Positions 10,355 through 22,585 of a stretch of DNA of 64,000 nucleotides are shown here, piece after piece. Made by a program: the position numbers and the translations under genes. Within the stretch, counting starts at the first letter, position 1. The number at the start of each line of letters is the position of its first letter. The notes beneath the pieces are model-generated. The model saw nothing but the letters and a program-made list of their open reading frames with translations, did no database searches and was not told the DNA's origin. This stretch comes from Nannocystis pusilla (GTDB lineage Bacteria; Myxococcota_A; Polyangia; Nannocystales; Nannocystaceae). The stretch lies in the NCBI RefSeq assembly GCF_026626665.1, contig NZ_JAPNKE010000002.1, positions 3,757,168-3,821,167 of the forward strand. Reading direction: 5' to 3'.

Positions 10355-10876
10355 TCACTCGACCTCGAAGAGCTCGTCGTTCCACACCAGCTCGGCCTTG
10401 ACCGCGTCGACGGTGCCGTGGAACGACTCGCCCTCGGCCTCGGCGACGATCGCCCCGGCCTCGCAGGTGTAGGCCCCGCCGATCCCGTAGTCGCCGCTCT
10501 GGTACGCGAACTCGTCCGCGCTCTGGAACCGGACGCGGTCGGGGCAGGTCTCGACCGGCACGTCGTCGGGCTGCGGCCCGCACGGGTACTGCTTCTTCGA
10601 CACGAACTCCTTGCCGATCACGAACGCGCAGGCCTCGTCGAGCGGCGCCGTCGTGCTGCCGCTCGCGGTCCCGGTCGTCTCGTCCGGCTCGCCGGTGGAG
10701 GTGGGCTCCGTCGCGCTCGTCGTCGTCGTCGTCGTCGAGTCGTCACCGGTGGTCGCGCTGTCCGGCGCGGTGGTGCTCGAGGTGTCCGCGGTCTCGCTCT
10801 CGGTGCCCGGGTCGCTGCCCTTGTCGGTACACCCCGGGAGCGCCACGAAGAGGATCGAACAAGCCAAATACTTCAT
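10355..10876 (-). CDS. lipoprotein with Thr-rich linker
   Basis: [18 protein letters not shown] has a lipobox, followed by a T/S/D-rich linker and a small C-terminal domain. Confidence 0.6.
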   Translation of the reverse strand: MKYLACSILFVALPGCTDKGSDPGTESETADTSSTTAPDSATTGDDSTTTTTTSATEPTSTGEPDETTGTASGSTTAPLDEACAFVIGKEFVSKKQYPCGPQPDDVPVETCPDRVRFQSADEFAYQSGDYGIGGAYTCEAGAIVAEAEGESFHGTVDAVKAELVWNDELFEVE

Positions 10877-11120
10877 ACACGCGAGGATAGCGCGAAGGAC
10901 CCGGCCGCGCACACGAACTGCAGGCAAGCCGTGCTGCCCGCCGCCCGCAGCGGCCCCTCGGGCCCGGTCCGCCTGCGGCAGCGGCTCGAGGATGCGGCCG
11001 AACCGGGCGCGGGTCGATGCGACCGACCGACTCGCCCTGCACCCCGCGCCCGGGCCCGTCACCTGAGGTGATCGCCCGATGGCCAAGCGACTGCAACAAT
11101 AAGATGGTCGGCGTCCCCCC

Positions 11121-13303
11121 ATGTCCACCGCCATTCATTCCGTCAAGGTCGCCGCGCTCAAGGGCGCCGAGATCAAGCTGACCGTGCGCTCGCTCGCGAA
11201 GGGCGTCACCGTCTCGTTCTGCCCGATCCTCGCCCTGCGCCTGCTGTCCGCTCTCGGCGCCGGCGCCCCCTCGATCGCGCCGACTTCGTCGACGCCCACG
11301 CCAGCCCCGGCGAGCTCCACGAATTCGTCGCCGAGTGCCTCGAGTCGGCGCGCAGCAGCGTGCCCAAGGCCAGCGTCACCTTCACCCTCGCGGTGCGCGA
11401 CGCCGCCTGGCTGAAGGGCATCAAGAAGGGCGACAGCACCGACACCGCCGCCTACGCCGCCCCCGCGCGGCGGCTCGGCGCGGCCTTCACCGCCGACGGC
11501 GCCCGGGTCGTGGTCGGCTGGGACAGCGGCGCGGTCGAGGCCCACGAGGTGACGCAGAAGCGCGGCCGGACCGCCCTGGGCAAGCCCGTGTGGGCCGCCC
11601 AGCACCTCGGTCTCCTGAGCTTCACCCTGCTCGCCGAGGACGTGCTCGTCACGGCCGGACGCACCGAGCTGCGCGCCCATCGCGACGGCGAGCCGGTCGG
11701 CGAGGTGTCTCTCGAGACAGATGCGAGGGTGACCGCGCTCGCGGCCGACGGCACGCGCGCCCTGATCGGCTTCGCCGACGGCAGCGTCGCCGCCTGGCAA
11801 CCGGGCGGCGCCCTGGTCCGCCTCGGCGGCCTCGACGGCCCGATCGTCGGCCTCGCCGCGATCGCCAGGGACACCGTCGCGGCGGCCACCGCGGGCGCTG
11901 CCGCGGTGCTGCGCGGCGGCGTGATCGCCAGGACCCTCCCGTCGACCGATGGCCCGATCACCGCCCTCGCCCGGGGCACTTCCGCCGGCGCGTTCGTGTG
12001 GGGCACCGCCGCCGGCGCCGTCGTCTGGGCCGACGCGAGCGGCGAGGTCACGCGCAAGCAACAGCTGCAGGTCCAGCAGGACTCGCACCTCGGCCTGCTG
12101 CACCGCGACGGCCGCGGCAACCTCCTCTCCCTCGCGCGTCGCGGCAAGCAGCTGTTCGTCACCACGCTCGAGCCGACCGGCCTGCGCTTCGCCGGTCCGG
12201 CCGCCGAGGTCGACGACTTCAGCTCGGCCCCCGCCACGGACGGCCTGGTCGCGCGCGTCAACGACAACCAGCTGATGTACCTCGGCCAGGACGCCGCGGT
12301 GCGCTTCACCCAGGAGCTGCCGAAGGGCGCCGTCCGGGCCGCGCACATGTCCCCGCCGTCGTACGAGCCGCGGGTCACCCGCGACGGCAGCGCGCTGATC
12401 CTCGGCCTCTCCGATCAGCGGGCCGCCGAGCTGCGCTCGACCACCGGCGCCGTGCTGGCGCGCGCCGACAACTTTTCCGGCTACTTCGCCGGCGCCCTCG
12501 CCCTCGGGCAGGACGCCGCGCTGGTGTGGTTCCGCGGCGACGCGTTCCGCTTCACCGCCGCCGGCAGCGAGCCGCTGCCGCTGAAGGTCCTCGACGCCGC
12601 GCCGATCGAGCGCACCGGCGGCGCCTTCGTCCTGGTCCGCACCGAGGACGACACCGGGCGCCTGATCGAGCTCGACGCCGCGGGCCGCGAGGTCGCCGAG
12701 ATCGCCACGATCGCCGCCGACGACGTCGGCAGCACCAGCGGCCTGTTCGTCAGCGAGGACGGCTCGCTGTTCAAGGCCTCGGTCTACGACTCCACCCGCG
12801 GCGAGCACGTCCCGCGCTGCTGGCTGCGCGAGGGCGCGACCTTCCGCGCCTCCCCGGCCCCCTGGACCGGCCACGACTGGCCCTGCATCTCGCCCGACGG
12901 TCGGCGCGCCGCCTGGCAGTCGGGCGACGCCTGGCTCGTCCACGACACGCACGACGGCCGCGAGCTCGCCCGCATCCCGCTGAAGGACGCCTGGCTCGGC
13001 GAGTTCGACGGCGCCGGCCGCCTGGTCTTGAAGAGCCAGGGCCGGCTCCACTGGTTCGACGCCGACGGCCAGCCGCTCGCCGAGGTCGCCCTCCCGGGCA
13101 AGGAGCGGGTCACGCCGCCGGTCACGCGCCTCCTCGCCCTCGGGGGCAAGCTCGTGGTCCTCGCCGTCACCCCGCTGGGCGCCTTCGCCCTCGGCGCCAA
13201 GGGCGATCCGGCCCCGCTCGCCCACCCGGCCGCCCTGGCCGCCACCCACTCGCTGGTGGCCGTAGGTCGCGGCTGGCCGCTCGAGGTCGCCGACCTCCAC
13301 TGA
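11121..13303 (+). CDS. hypothetical beta-propeller-like repeat protein (frameshift ~11267)
   Basis: The high-GC3 N-terminus MSTAIHSVKVAALKG... in ORF 11121 switches into the frame of ORF 11360..13303 at a C-run (GGCGCCCCCTCG). The body has repeated ...GxxxxWD/AxxG... propeller-like segments. Confidence 0.55.
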
Positions 13304-13359
13304 GCCCGGTCAGGCGGCCGCCATCGCCTCACGGGCGGCCGTCCGCCGCGGCTGGCGCC

Positions 13360-13430
13360 CGGGACATGCCCTCCAGAGCATGTCCTAAAAACATGTTCTC
13401 CGACGCATGCCCTTCGGGACATGCCCCTCG
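13360..13430. repeat. array of GGACATGTCC-family motifs (5-6 copies, ~11-bp phasing) between convergent gene ends
   Basis: The sequence GGGACATGCCCTCCAGAGCATGTCCTAAAAACATGTTCTCCGACGCATGCCCTTCGGGACATGCCCCTCG is read directly. Confidence 0.75.
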
Positions 13431-13439
13431 AACAGCCCG

Positions 13440-14276
<837 letters not shown>

Positions 14277-14372
14277 GTCGTCTCCTGCGCCGCATGATGC
14301 CCGCGGGACGAGGACGACGCGACGGCGATCGTCCGCTCGATCGCCGCCGCGTCGCGGGCCCTCACGCGCGGC

Positions 14373-15878
14373 TCAGGGCGTGAAGCACCACAGCGTCGAG
14401 CGGTCGATGCCGGCCTTGTAGGCCACGTAGCCGGCCGTCTGCGGCGCCTCGCAGTGCGACGGCGCCGGCAGGAACGGCAGGCACGTCGAGGCCAGCGGGC
14501 CCTCGGCGTCGTCGTCGTAGCAGTGGCCCGGGCGGCCGTCGCCGCCGCAGTAGAGCGCGGTCGGGTTGTCGACGCACGGCTCGCCGAGCGGCGCCGGGTC
14601 GACGCCGCTCATCTGCAGCAGCTCGTGCGGCAGGCACAGGTTGTAGCCGCCGCCGCAGTGGGTGTCCTCGGCGCAGCCGGGCGCGTCCGACAGCACGTCG
14701 CAGACCTTGCCGCACTCGTGCCCGTCGCCGAAGTCGACGCAGCGCAGGCCGAGCGCGCAGTCCGAGTCCCAGCCGTTCGGGTCGACCAGCGCGCAGGCCT
14801 CGCCCTCCGCCTTCTCGCCGCCGGCGACGCACACGCCGTCGGTGCCGATCGCGTTGACCGGCATGCAGAACTGCTCCGCGGGGCAGGCGTCGTCCGTGTA
14901 CGGCGTGCAGCCGTTCGGCCGCCGCACGTCGTACTCCGCCTCCTGAATCCAGTAGCAGGTCCCGCCATCCACCGGCTCGAGCAGGTCGCCGTTCTTCACC
15001 ATCTCGCGCAGCTCGACGTGGCGCACGCGGCCGTGCGTCTGGTGCGACGACAGCATGTCGAAGACCTCGAGCTCGCCGGCCACCGCGACGAACGTCTTCT
15101 TGTAGGTCTGGCCCTCGAGGTCCTCCTGGTACGTGACCGTCGCGCTGCTGACCGTCACGTACTGGTTGACGAAGTTGGGGATCGCGTGGTTCGGGTCCGG
15201 GTCCAGCGGATGCACGCCGACGGCGACGTCGCCGTCGAACATGATGCGCAGCAGGTCGAACAGCGCCTCGTCGGCGGTGATGCTCGTCTGCGTCGCCGGC
15301 GTGCGGATTAGCGGCACCGGGGCGGCGCTCTCGAGCTGGAACTCCTGCTGGCTGAGCAGCTCGATGCCGAGGATCGGCAGCTCCTCGCAGTCCTCGGGCT
15401 TGATGGGGCCGCCGGTGTCCGTCGTCTCGCCGGTCTCGGTCTCGCCGGTCTCGGTCTCGGTCCCGGTGGTCGTGGTCTCCTCGACCACGCCGGTGGTGGT
15501 CGTGGTCTCGCCGTCCGTCGTCGTCGTCGTCGTCTCGCCGTTCGTCGTCGTCTCGACCGCCGTCGTCTCGCCGTCCGTCGTCGTCGTCGTCTCGGACGTC
15601 GTGGTCGTCGTCGACGTCGGACCGGTGGTGGTCTCGGGCTCGGTGGTCGTGGTGGTGGTGGTGGTCGTCGTCGTCGTCTCGCCGGTCTCGGTCGGGTCGA
15701 CGCTCGACGTCGTCGGGCCGGCGGTGTCGGTGCCGGTGTCGCTGTCGGTCTCGGTCCCGGTCATCGTCGTATCACCGGAGTCCGCGGGGCAACCCGCCGA
15801 CAGCAGCGCGCCGCTCAATGTAAACAAGACGCCGGCCGAGAGGCGCGGCAGGGCGTATGCGGAGATGGATTTAATCAT
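14373..15878 (-). CDS. lipoprotein with long poly-Thr linker and Cys-rich C-terminal domain
   Basis: MIKSISAYALPRLSAGVLFTLSGALLSAGC has a lipobox, followed by more than 100 aa of T/E/G-rich linker. The C-terminal half has more than 20 Cys. Confidence 0.7.
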   Translation of the reverse strand: MIKSISAYALPRLSAGVLFTLSGALLSAGCPADSGDTTMTGTETDSDTGTDTAGPTTSSVDPTETGETTTTTTTTTTTTEPETTTGPTSTTTTTSETTTTTDGETTAVETTTNGETTTTTTDGETTTTTGVVEETTTTGTETETGETETGETTDTGGPIKPEDCEELPILGIELLSQQEFQLESAAPVPLIRTPATQTSITADEALFDLLRIMFDGDVAVGVHPLDPDPNHAIPNFVNQYVTVSSATVTYQEDLEGQTYKKTFVAVAGELEVFDMLSSHQTHGRVRHVELREMVKNGDLLEPVDGGTCYWIQEAEYDVRRPNGCTPYTDDACPAEQFCMPVNAIGTDGVCVAGGEKAEGEACALVDPNGWDSDCALGLRCVDFGDGHECGKVCDVLSDAPGCAEDTHCGGGYNLCLPHELLQMSGVDPAPLGEPCVDNPTALYCGGDGRPGHCYDDDAEGPLASTCLPFLPAPSHCEAPQTAGYVAYKAGIDRSTLWCFTP

Positions 15879-16263
15879 GTGGGCGGTCCATATCCGTCAA
15901 GCGCCGCGAATTGGCAATGGCGGCCCTCGGGAATTTCGCCGGAGGGCGCGCGCGCGAATGCAAGCACCCGCGCTTTGGCCCGATCGCCGGCTGAATCGTC
16001 GCATTTGCGCGGGCCCGCCCTGCCCGCTCGCGCGCGCCGGGGCGGCGAATCGACAATGTGCTCGGCGCCCGACCCGGCGCGCGACAGGGCGATACCCCGA
16101 GCACCAGCATGGGCGTGCGCCCTCGCCGTGCCGCCGCTGCGCCGGCGTTGCGGTCGACCCCGGCCATTGGCCGGAGTTCCCGCACGGGCCGGCGCCGACC
16201 TCATGCGTACCTCGGCGCAATGCGACGAGTGACCGCGGGATCGCCCGCAGGGCGGCCGGTCGC

Positions 16264-17373
16264 TCACATCCCGAGGGCCACCGCGCTGGCCTCGACCGTC
16301 GCGCGCGTGACCGCGGCCGCGAACTCGAGGTCCAGGTTGGCGACCTCGTCGGGGCCGGCCATGCAATGATAATTGGCGTAGCGGAACTCGCTGGTGTCCG
16401 TCAGGAACACCGCCGGATAGCCCGCGTCCCAGAACGGCGCGTGATCGGAGCGCCGCAGGTCGGCGAACAGGTCCGACGTCTCCTGGCCTCCGGGCAGCTC
16501 GATCAGCGCCCGGCGCAGGCCGATGCGGTCGGCCGCCGCCGCGTAGGCGGCCGCGTGCGCGTTCGCCTTGGCGCTGCTCATCACGGCGACGAAGTCGCCG
16601 CGGAACCCGTTGGCCTCGAGCTCGGCGTAGGCCTCGGGGAACACCAGCTCGAACCCGACCGGCACCGTCTGGCTGTTCTCGGCGGCCGACGTGAAGGCGA
16701 TCATGTCGAAGTTGAAGTCGACGACGATGTCGTCGCCGGCCGCCTTGGCCGCCGCCACGTACGCCTCGGAGCCGATGAGCCCGTCCTCCTCCTCGTCCCA
16801 GCAGGCCACGTGGACCGTGCGGTCGAACTCCGTCTTGGCGAGCAGCCGCGCGATCTCGAGGGTCGCCGCCACCCCGCTGGCGTTGTCGTCGGCGCCGCGA
16901 CAATCGGCGATGTGATCGTAGTGCGCCGCGACCACCACGATCTGCTCCGGCGTGGCCTTGCCGAGCCGCCGCCCGACCACGTTCACCCCGGTGCCGTAGT
17001 CCATCAACACGACCTGGTACCCGAGCTCGCTCAGCCGATCGGCGCACAGGTCCTGCACCGCCTTCCAGTGCGGCGTCCCGGGCGTGCGCACGTCGGCGAT
17101 GAATTGCAGGTCCTCGGCGTACGCCGCCGGGTCGATGCAATCGGCCAGCGCCTGCGGCGACGCGGCGCACGGGTCGGGCTCGCCGGTGGTCGGCTCCGCC
17201 GTCGTGCTGCTACCGGTCGGCGTGACCGTCGTGCCGCCGGTGGTGGTGGTCGTCGTCGTCGCCTCGCCTTCGGTCGTCGATCCCGTCGGCGCCGTCGCGC
17301 TCCCGCCCGTCTGCCCGCAACCGAGGCCACACACGAGCACGAGCCAGGAGATCCGCCGCAAATCGTTCGTCAT
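16264..17373 (-). CDS. M28-family aminopeptidase lipoprotein
   Basis: Lipobox VLVCGLGCGQ plus Thr linker. M28 zinc-site motifs AHYDH...DDNASGVAATLE and CWDEEEDGLIGS are present. Start is codon 36 of the track ORF. Confidence 0.85.
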   Translation of the reverse strand: MTNDLRRISWLVLVCGLGCGQTGGSATAPTGSTTEGEATTTTTTTGGTTVTPTGSSTTAEPTTGEPDPCAASPQALADCIDPAAYAEDLQFIADVRTPGTPHWKAVQDLCADRLSELGYQVVLMDYGTGVNVVGRRLGKATPEQIVVVAAHYDHIADCRGADDNASGVAATLEIARLLAKTEFDRTVHVACWDEEEDGLIGSEAYVAAAKAAGDDIVVDFNFDMIAFTSAAENSQTVPVGFELVFPEAYAELEANGFRGDFVAVMSSAKANAHAAAYAAAADRIGLRRALIELPGGQETSDLFADLRRSDHAPFWDAGYPAVFLTDTSEFRYANYHCMAGPDEVANLDLEFAAAVTRATVEASAVALGM

Positions 17374-17632
17374 CGCGGCGCGGATCCTACCACGCCCCCC
17401 TCCGCGCAAGCGCGTGACCTGACGCCGCGCGAACGCGCCGGCGCAGCGCGAGGCAGACGTCGCAGCCGCGCCCTGCACGGCCTCGCGCCCGGGTGCAGGG
17501 CCGACGTCGCAGCGGCCGCGTGCTCACGCGCTGCCCATCCTCGTCGTCACCGACGACGCACCGCCCTCGTCATCGGGCTGCGAACGCCCGTCCGCGCGAC
17601 TCGCCCGCGGCATCGGGCTATCCTGGCCGCCG

Positions 17633-18758
17633 ATGCTCGCCGTCCCGCGCTCCTATCATTCGCTCGTCCGCGCCGCCTCGCACGCCGCCCTGCTCGCCCT
17701 CGCCGGTTGCAGCGACGACGGCAGCGCCAGCGAGGCGAGCACCACCGCTGCAAGCACCGGCAGCGCCGGCGAGACCACGACCAGCACCACCGACCCAGAA
17801 GCCCCGACCGAGCCGGCCGATCCGGGCACCACGACGACCGCCACCACCGATATCGGCACCACCGACGCGAGCACCGGCACCACCCATTCCAACCCCACCA
17901 CCGGCACCACCGGCACCACCGGCGATCCACTCGGCTCCCCTGGTTGTGGCCTCGCTCCGCCCGATGCGCCCGACGGCGTCAACGTCACGATCGACGTCGG
18001 GCCCGAGGGCGACGGCCTGCGTCGGTTTTATCTCCGCCGTTCGCCCGACTACGACCCGGACGTCCCGCACCGCCTGATCTTCGGCTTCGCCGGCACCAAC
18101 TGGGTCGGCGACATGATCGAGCCCTATTTCGGGCTGCAGGGCGACGAGGTCGAGCCGCGGCCCGACGAGATCTTCGTCTACCCCGATCCGCTGTGGCGCG
18201 ACTTCGACGGCTGGGGCAACCTCGGCGGCTGGGTGCTCGGCCCGTACGCCGCGCCCGCCGACGGCGAGCAGGACCTCGTGTTCGTCGAGGCGGTGATCGC
18301 CTACATGGAGGCGAACTATTGCATCGACCGCGAGCGCGTGTTCGCCACCGGTCAGCTAGGGCGGCGACATGGCCCAGGTCGTCGCCTGCTTCCTCGGCGA
18401 CAGGTTCCGCGCCACCGTCCCGGTCGCCGCCAACTCCCCCTATTGGTTCGAGGACCGCGGCGGCTTCATCGATTGCGTCGGCGACACCGCCGTGTGGACC
18501 ATGTTCGGCCAGGCCGACGAGCACTTCGGCAGCCAGGACCCCGGCCTCGAGTGCCGCGATTTCTGGCTCGACGAGCGCGGCTGCGACGGCGTCGACGGGG
18601 CCGTCGGCCTCGACCTCGGCGACGCCCCCGACGAGTGCGTCGAATATCAGGGTTGCTCGGCCACCACCCGCTTCTGCCTCTACGGCGCGCAGTACGGCCA
18701 CCAGATCCCCGGCGACTACTTCGCCGCGGCCACCATGGCCTTCTTCCGCTCGTTCTGA
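17633..18758 (+). CDS. PHB-depolymerase/LpqC-like esterase lipoprotein (in-frame TAG/frameshift ~18360)
   Basis: Lipobox ALAGCSD plus Thr linker, then ...RVFATGQ; the second ORF 18369..18758 begins ...DMAQVVACFLGDRFRATVPVAANSPYW. The catalytic GxSxGG, expected where the two ORFs abut, is disrupted. Confidence 0.65.
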
Positions 18759-18787
18759 GCCCCCGGGCGGCGTGCTACCGTCGCCCC

Positions 18788-19717
18788 GTGATCCGCGACC
18801 TCGAAGAGTTTCGCCGGCTGTTCCGCCTCCACATCCCCGCGGCCGAGCACCTCGCGTACTACCTCGAGACCCTCGCGCGCTCGCCCCAATACGCCGACCT
18901 GCCGGCCCTCGCCGGGCGCTTCGCCGCCTTCGAGCAGCGGCTCGCCGCGCAGGGCCTGACGGTCGCCGACTACCGCCAGCAGCAGCTCCTCGCCCTGCGC
19001 GACGAGCTCGCCGCCGTCCCCGCGCTCTCCCGCCTGTGCGCCGCCGCCGTCGGGCCGGCGCCGGCGACCCGCAATCGCCTGTCCGAACAGACAGGTGCGT
19101 GGTTCGTCTCGCTCGACCTGCGCGAGGCCAACTTCAGCGTCCTCAAGCTGTACGACGACGAGGGCGTCCTCGGCGACGGCCCGTGGGCCGAGTTCTGCGC
19201 CGCCCGCGGGGTCGACCCGGTGCTCGCCAGCTCCAAGGCCTTCCGCCAGGCGCTGTTCGGCTACCTCGAGCCGAAGAAGGTCCAGCGCGTGCAGCTCGGC
19301 CTGACCGCCGCCCTCGCCGACGACCTCCGCAAGGGCGGCCTCGACGAGCGCCGGATCGCCGTCCTCTCGCACGACGAGCTCATCCTCGGCTTCCCCGGCG
19401 ACGACGCCGGCCTCGCCGAGCTGCGCGCCGTCCTGGCCCGCCTCGCCGCCGCCCCGCGCCGCCCGGCCCTCCGCGCCAGCGTGTTCCGCAGCGCCGTCGT
19501 CGAGCCGGGCATCGACCTGCGCGCGTTCTACGACCTCGCGGGCGACGGGCCGCCCGCCCTGCGCCACCGCGCCCTCGTCGGCGTCCCCGGCAACCTGTTC
19601 TACGTCTACTTCAAGCGCCACGTCCTGGCCGCGCCGCTCGATCGCCGCGACCTCTACTTCCGCGTCGAGCACCGCCTGGCCCAATGGGTCGTCGACGACC
19701 TGCCGCCTGCCTCTTGA
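18788..19717 (+). CDS. hypothetical protein
   Basis: GTG start in the frame of the long 17633..19717 ORF, with good GC3. No family recognised. Confidence 0.45.
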   Translation: MIRDLEEFRRLFRLHIPAAEHLAYYLETLARSPQYADLPALAGRFAAFEQRLAAQGLTVADYRQQQLLALRDELAAVPALSRLCAAAVGPAPATRNRLSEQTGAWFVSLDLREANFSVLKLYDDEGVLGDGPWAEFCAARGVDPVLASSKAFRQALFGYLEPKKVQRVQLGLTAALADDLRKGGLDERRIAVLSHDELILGFPGDDAGLAELRAVLARLAAAPRRPALRASVFRSAVVEPGIDLRAFYDLAGDGPPALRHRALVGVPGNLFYVYFKRHVLAAPLDRRDLYFRVEHRLAQWVVDDLPPAS

Positions 19718-19852
19718 ATCCCGTCGCCCGACTCCTATCATTCGCCGCCGGGGTCCACTCGCAAACCTGCAGTCGCCTGCTCGCCCCGAAGCGGCCGCAA
19801 TTGACGGCCCCGGCCTTGCGCCCGCCCGCGGAGTTGGTCTAGTCCCTCTCGC

Positions 19853-21131
19853 ATGCCCCCCGACACCCATCGCGCCATTCACGCCGTCTGGCGCCTCGAG
19901 TCGGCCAGGCTGATCGCCGGGCTCACGCGATTCGTCCGCGACCTCGGCATCGCCGAGGAGCTGGCCCAGGACGCGCTGGTCGCCGCGCTCGAGCAGTGGC
20001 CGACCGCGGGCGTGCCGAACAACCCCGGCGCGTGGCTCATGACCACCGCCAAGCACCGCGCCATCGATCACCTGCGGCGCGTCGAGCGGCACGGCCGCAA
20101 GCACGTCGAGCTCGGCCACGCCATCGACGCCCGCCAGGACTCGCCCGCGGCCGTGCTCGACGCGGCGCTCGACGACGACGTCGGCGACGACCTGCTGCGC
20201 CTGGTGTTCACCTCGTGTCACCCCGCGCTGTCGAGCGAGGCCCGCGTCGCGCTGACGCTGCGCCTGCTCGGCGGCCTCACGACCCAGGAGATCGCCCGCG
20301 CCTACCTCGTGCCCGAGCCGACGATCGCCCAGCGGATCGTGCGGGCCAAGCGGACCCTCGCCGAGGAGAACGTGCCCTTCGAGGTCCCCCGCGGCCCCGA
20401 GCTGGCCGCGCGCCTGGCCTCCGTGCTCGAGGTCATCTATCTCATCTTCAACGAGGGTTACTCGGCCACCTCCGGCGACGACTGGATGCGCCCGGCCCTG
20501 TGCGAGGAGGCCCTGCGCCTCGGCCGGATCGTCGCCCAGCTGATGCCGAACGAGCCCGAGGTCCACGGCCTGGTCGCGCTGATGGAGATCCAGGCCTCGC
20601 GCGCGGGCGCGGGTCGGCCCCGGCGGCCAGCCGGTCCTCCTCAACGATCAGAACCGTGCGCTGTGGGACCGCCTGTTGATCCGCCGCGGCCTGGCCGCGC
20701 TCGAGCGCATCGACGCTCTCGGCGGCGCGCGCGGCCCCTACGCCCTGCAGGCCGCCATCGCCGCCTGCCACGCCCGCGCCCTCACCCCCGAGGCCACCGA
20801 CTGGGCCACCATCGCCGCCCTCTACGCCGCCCTCTATCAGCTGTTGCCATCGCCGGTCATCGAGCTCAACCGCGCGGTCGCGGTCGCCATGGCCGAGGGC
20901 CCCGCGGCCGGCCTGGCGATCGTCGACCGCCTCACCGGCGAGCCCGCCCTCGCCCGCTATCACTTGCTGCCGGGCGTGCGCGGCGACTTCCTGTTCAAGC
21001 TCGGCCGCTTCGCCGAGGCCCGCGTCGACCTCGAGCGCGCCGCCTCGCTGACCCGCAACGCCCGCGAGCGCGACCTCCTGCGCGAGCGCGTCGCCGCCTG
21101 CGACCGCGCCCTCGCCGGCGAATCGACCTGA
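19853..21131 (+). CDS. ECF-type sigma-70 factor with long C-terminal extension (frameshift ~20600)
   Basis: Sigma region 2 (LAQDALVAALEQW...) and region 4 (LGGLTTQEIARAYLVPEPTIAQRIVRAKRTL) are present. The C-terminal extension continues in the frame of ORF 20676..21131 (...VLLNDQNRALWDRLLIRRGLAALER...). Confidence 0.8.
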
Positions 21132-21174
21132 GCCGCCAATCACCGCAGCGCGCGGCGAATGAGAGCACCGCCGT

Positions 21175-22053
21175 TCAGCGGCCGACGGGCGCGATCCGCA
21201 GCTTGCGCAGCGCCAGCGCGTGGGCGATCCCGTGCTGCAGCGAGCTCAGCGTCTTGAGGCTCGCCAGGTCCACGCCGAGGTCGACGATCGTCTGGGCCAC
21301 GCCCGGCGACAGACCAACCAGCAGCAGCTGCGCCCCGAGCAGGCGCACCGCCTGGCTGGTGCGGACGATCAGCTGCGCCGCGTCGCTGTCGAACAGCGGC
21401 ACCCCCGAGATGTCGACGATCACCACGCTCGCGCGCGCCTCGCCGATCGCGTGCAGCAGCCGCTCGGTCAGCAGCTGCGCGCGCTGGGCGTCGAACATCC
21501 CGACCAGCGGCACCACCACGATGCCCTCGTGGACCGGCGCGATCGGGGTCGACGCCTGGCGGATGACGTCGAGCAGGCGCGTCTTCTCTTCGAAGGCCGC
21601 CTTGAGCTCCTCGAGCTGCGACTCCAGCTGGCGCACCTCGAGCTGGGCCGCCTGCTCCTGGAACGTCTGCTCGCGCTGGGCCACGAACCGCATCGCCCCG
21701 ACGAGCACCAGCTGGAACAGCCAGTCCTCGACGCGCTGGCGCTCCGCCGGCTCGGCCTCGGTCGCCGCGGCCAGCACCAGCTGTCGCAGCGTGGTCGACA
21801 GGTGGCGCAGGTCGGCGTAGCCGAGCGACCCCGAGAATCGCTGCACCAGCGCCAGCATCGCCTCGCGCCCGGCGGTGTCCTTGCCGCTCGCCGCGTCGGC
21901 GACCAGCGCCGCGATCACGCTGTCGGCGATCGCCTCGCAGGTGGCCGCGCCGGCGCTGCGGAACACGCTGCCCGCGCGACGACCGAGGCGCTCGGCCAGC
22001 TCCGCGACGAGGCCCGCCCGCGCGCCCTCGATCCAGCTGAAAGACGTCTGCAT
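21175..22053 (-). CDS. STAS-domain protein (RsbR/anti-sigma-antagonist-like)
   Basis: The C-terminal STAS fold (...IVVVPLVGMFDAQRAQLLTERLLHAIGEARASVVIVDISGVPLFDSDAAQLIV...) follows an N-terminal coiled/sensor region. Confidence 0.8.
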   Translation of the reverse strand: MQTSFSWIEGARAGLVAELAERLGRRAGSVFRSAGAATCEAIADSVIAALVADAASGKDTAGREAMLALVQRFSGSLGYADLRHLSTTLRQLVLAAATEAEPAERQRVEDWLFQLVLVGAMRFVAQREQTFQEQAAQLEVRQLESQLEELKAAFEEKTRLLDVIRQASTPIAPVHEGIVVVPLVGMFDAQRAQLLTERLLHAIGEARASVVIVDISGVPLFDSDAAQLIVRTSQAVRLLGAQLLLVGLSPGVAQTIVDLGVDLASLKTLSSLQHGIAHALALRKLRIAPVGR

Positions 22054-22066
22054 CGTCGGTCCGCCG

Positions 22067-22585
22067 TCAGAAGCTCACCAGGTACGTGCAGGACGAGCCG
22101 CCCTCGTCCATGCAGCCGCCCGCGCCGTGCTCGACCAGCGCCGGCGCGCCCACGCGAGAGCAGCAGCCCTCGATGATGCCGACGTTGAGCGGGCACGGCC
22201 CGAGCGTGGTCCACACCAGAGTCGCGCTGTTGTCGTCGTCGAATTCGCAGGTGATGGTGCCCATGTCGGCGGCGCGGGCGTTCATGCGATAGGCCGCGTC
22301 GAGGCCCATCAGCAGGCTCTTCACGTCGTCGAGGCCGGGCGGGAACGGGGCCGTCTCGATCATCTTCTTGCCGACGGCGATCATCGCCCCGCGGCCGATC
22401 TTCTCGTAGATGGCGTAGTAGATTTCCATCGCCCAGTTGATGTCGTACCAGCGCGTCGGATCGATGCGATCGACGCCGGCGTCGCGCAGCACCTTCTGCA
22501 CGAGCGCCTCCGAATGACCCAAGCCGAGCAAGAAAGAATAGAGCGCCGCGCCGTTGTATTGTCCGCCCGACTTGCTGGTTCGCAT
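22067..22585 (-). CDS. hypothetical small Cys-containing protein, operonic with STAS gene
   Basis: 173 aa from MRTSKSGGQYNG... It ends 14 nt upstream of the STAS gene on the same strand. No family recognised. Confidence 0.5.
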   Translation of the reverse strand: MRTSKSGGQYNGAALYSFLLGLGHSEALVQKVLRDAGVDRIDPTRWYDINWAMEIYYAIYEKIGRGAMIAVGKKMIETAPFPPGLDDVKSLLMGLDAAYRMNARAADMGTITCEFDDDNSATLVWTTLGPCPLNVGIIEGCCSRVGAPALVEHGAGGCMDEGGSSCTYLVSF

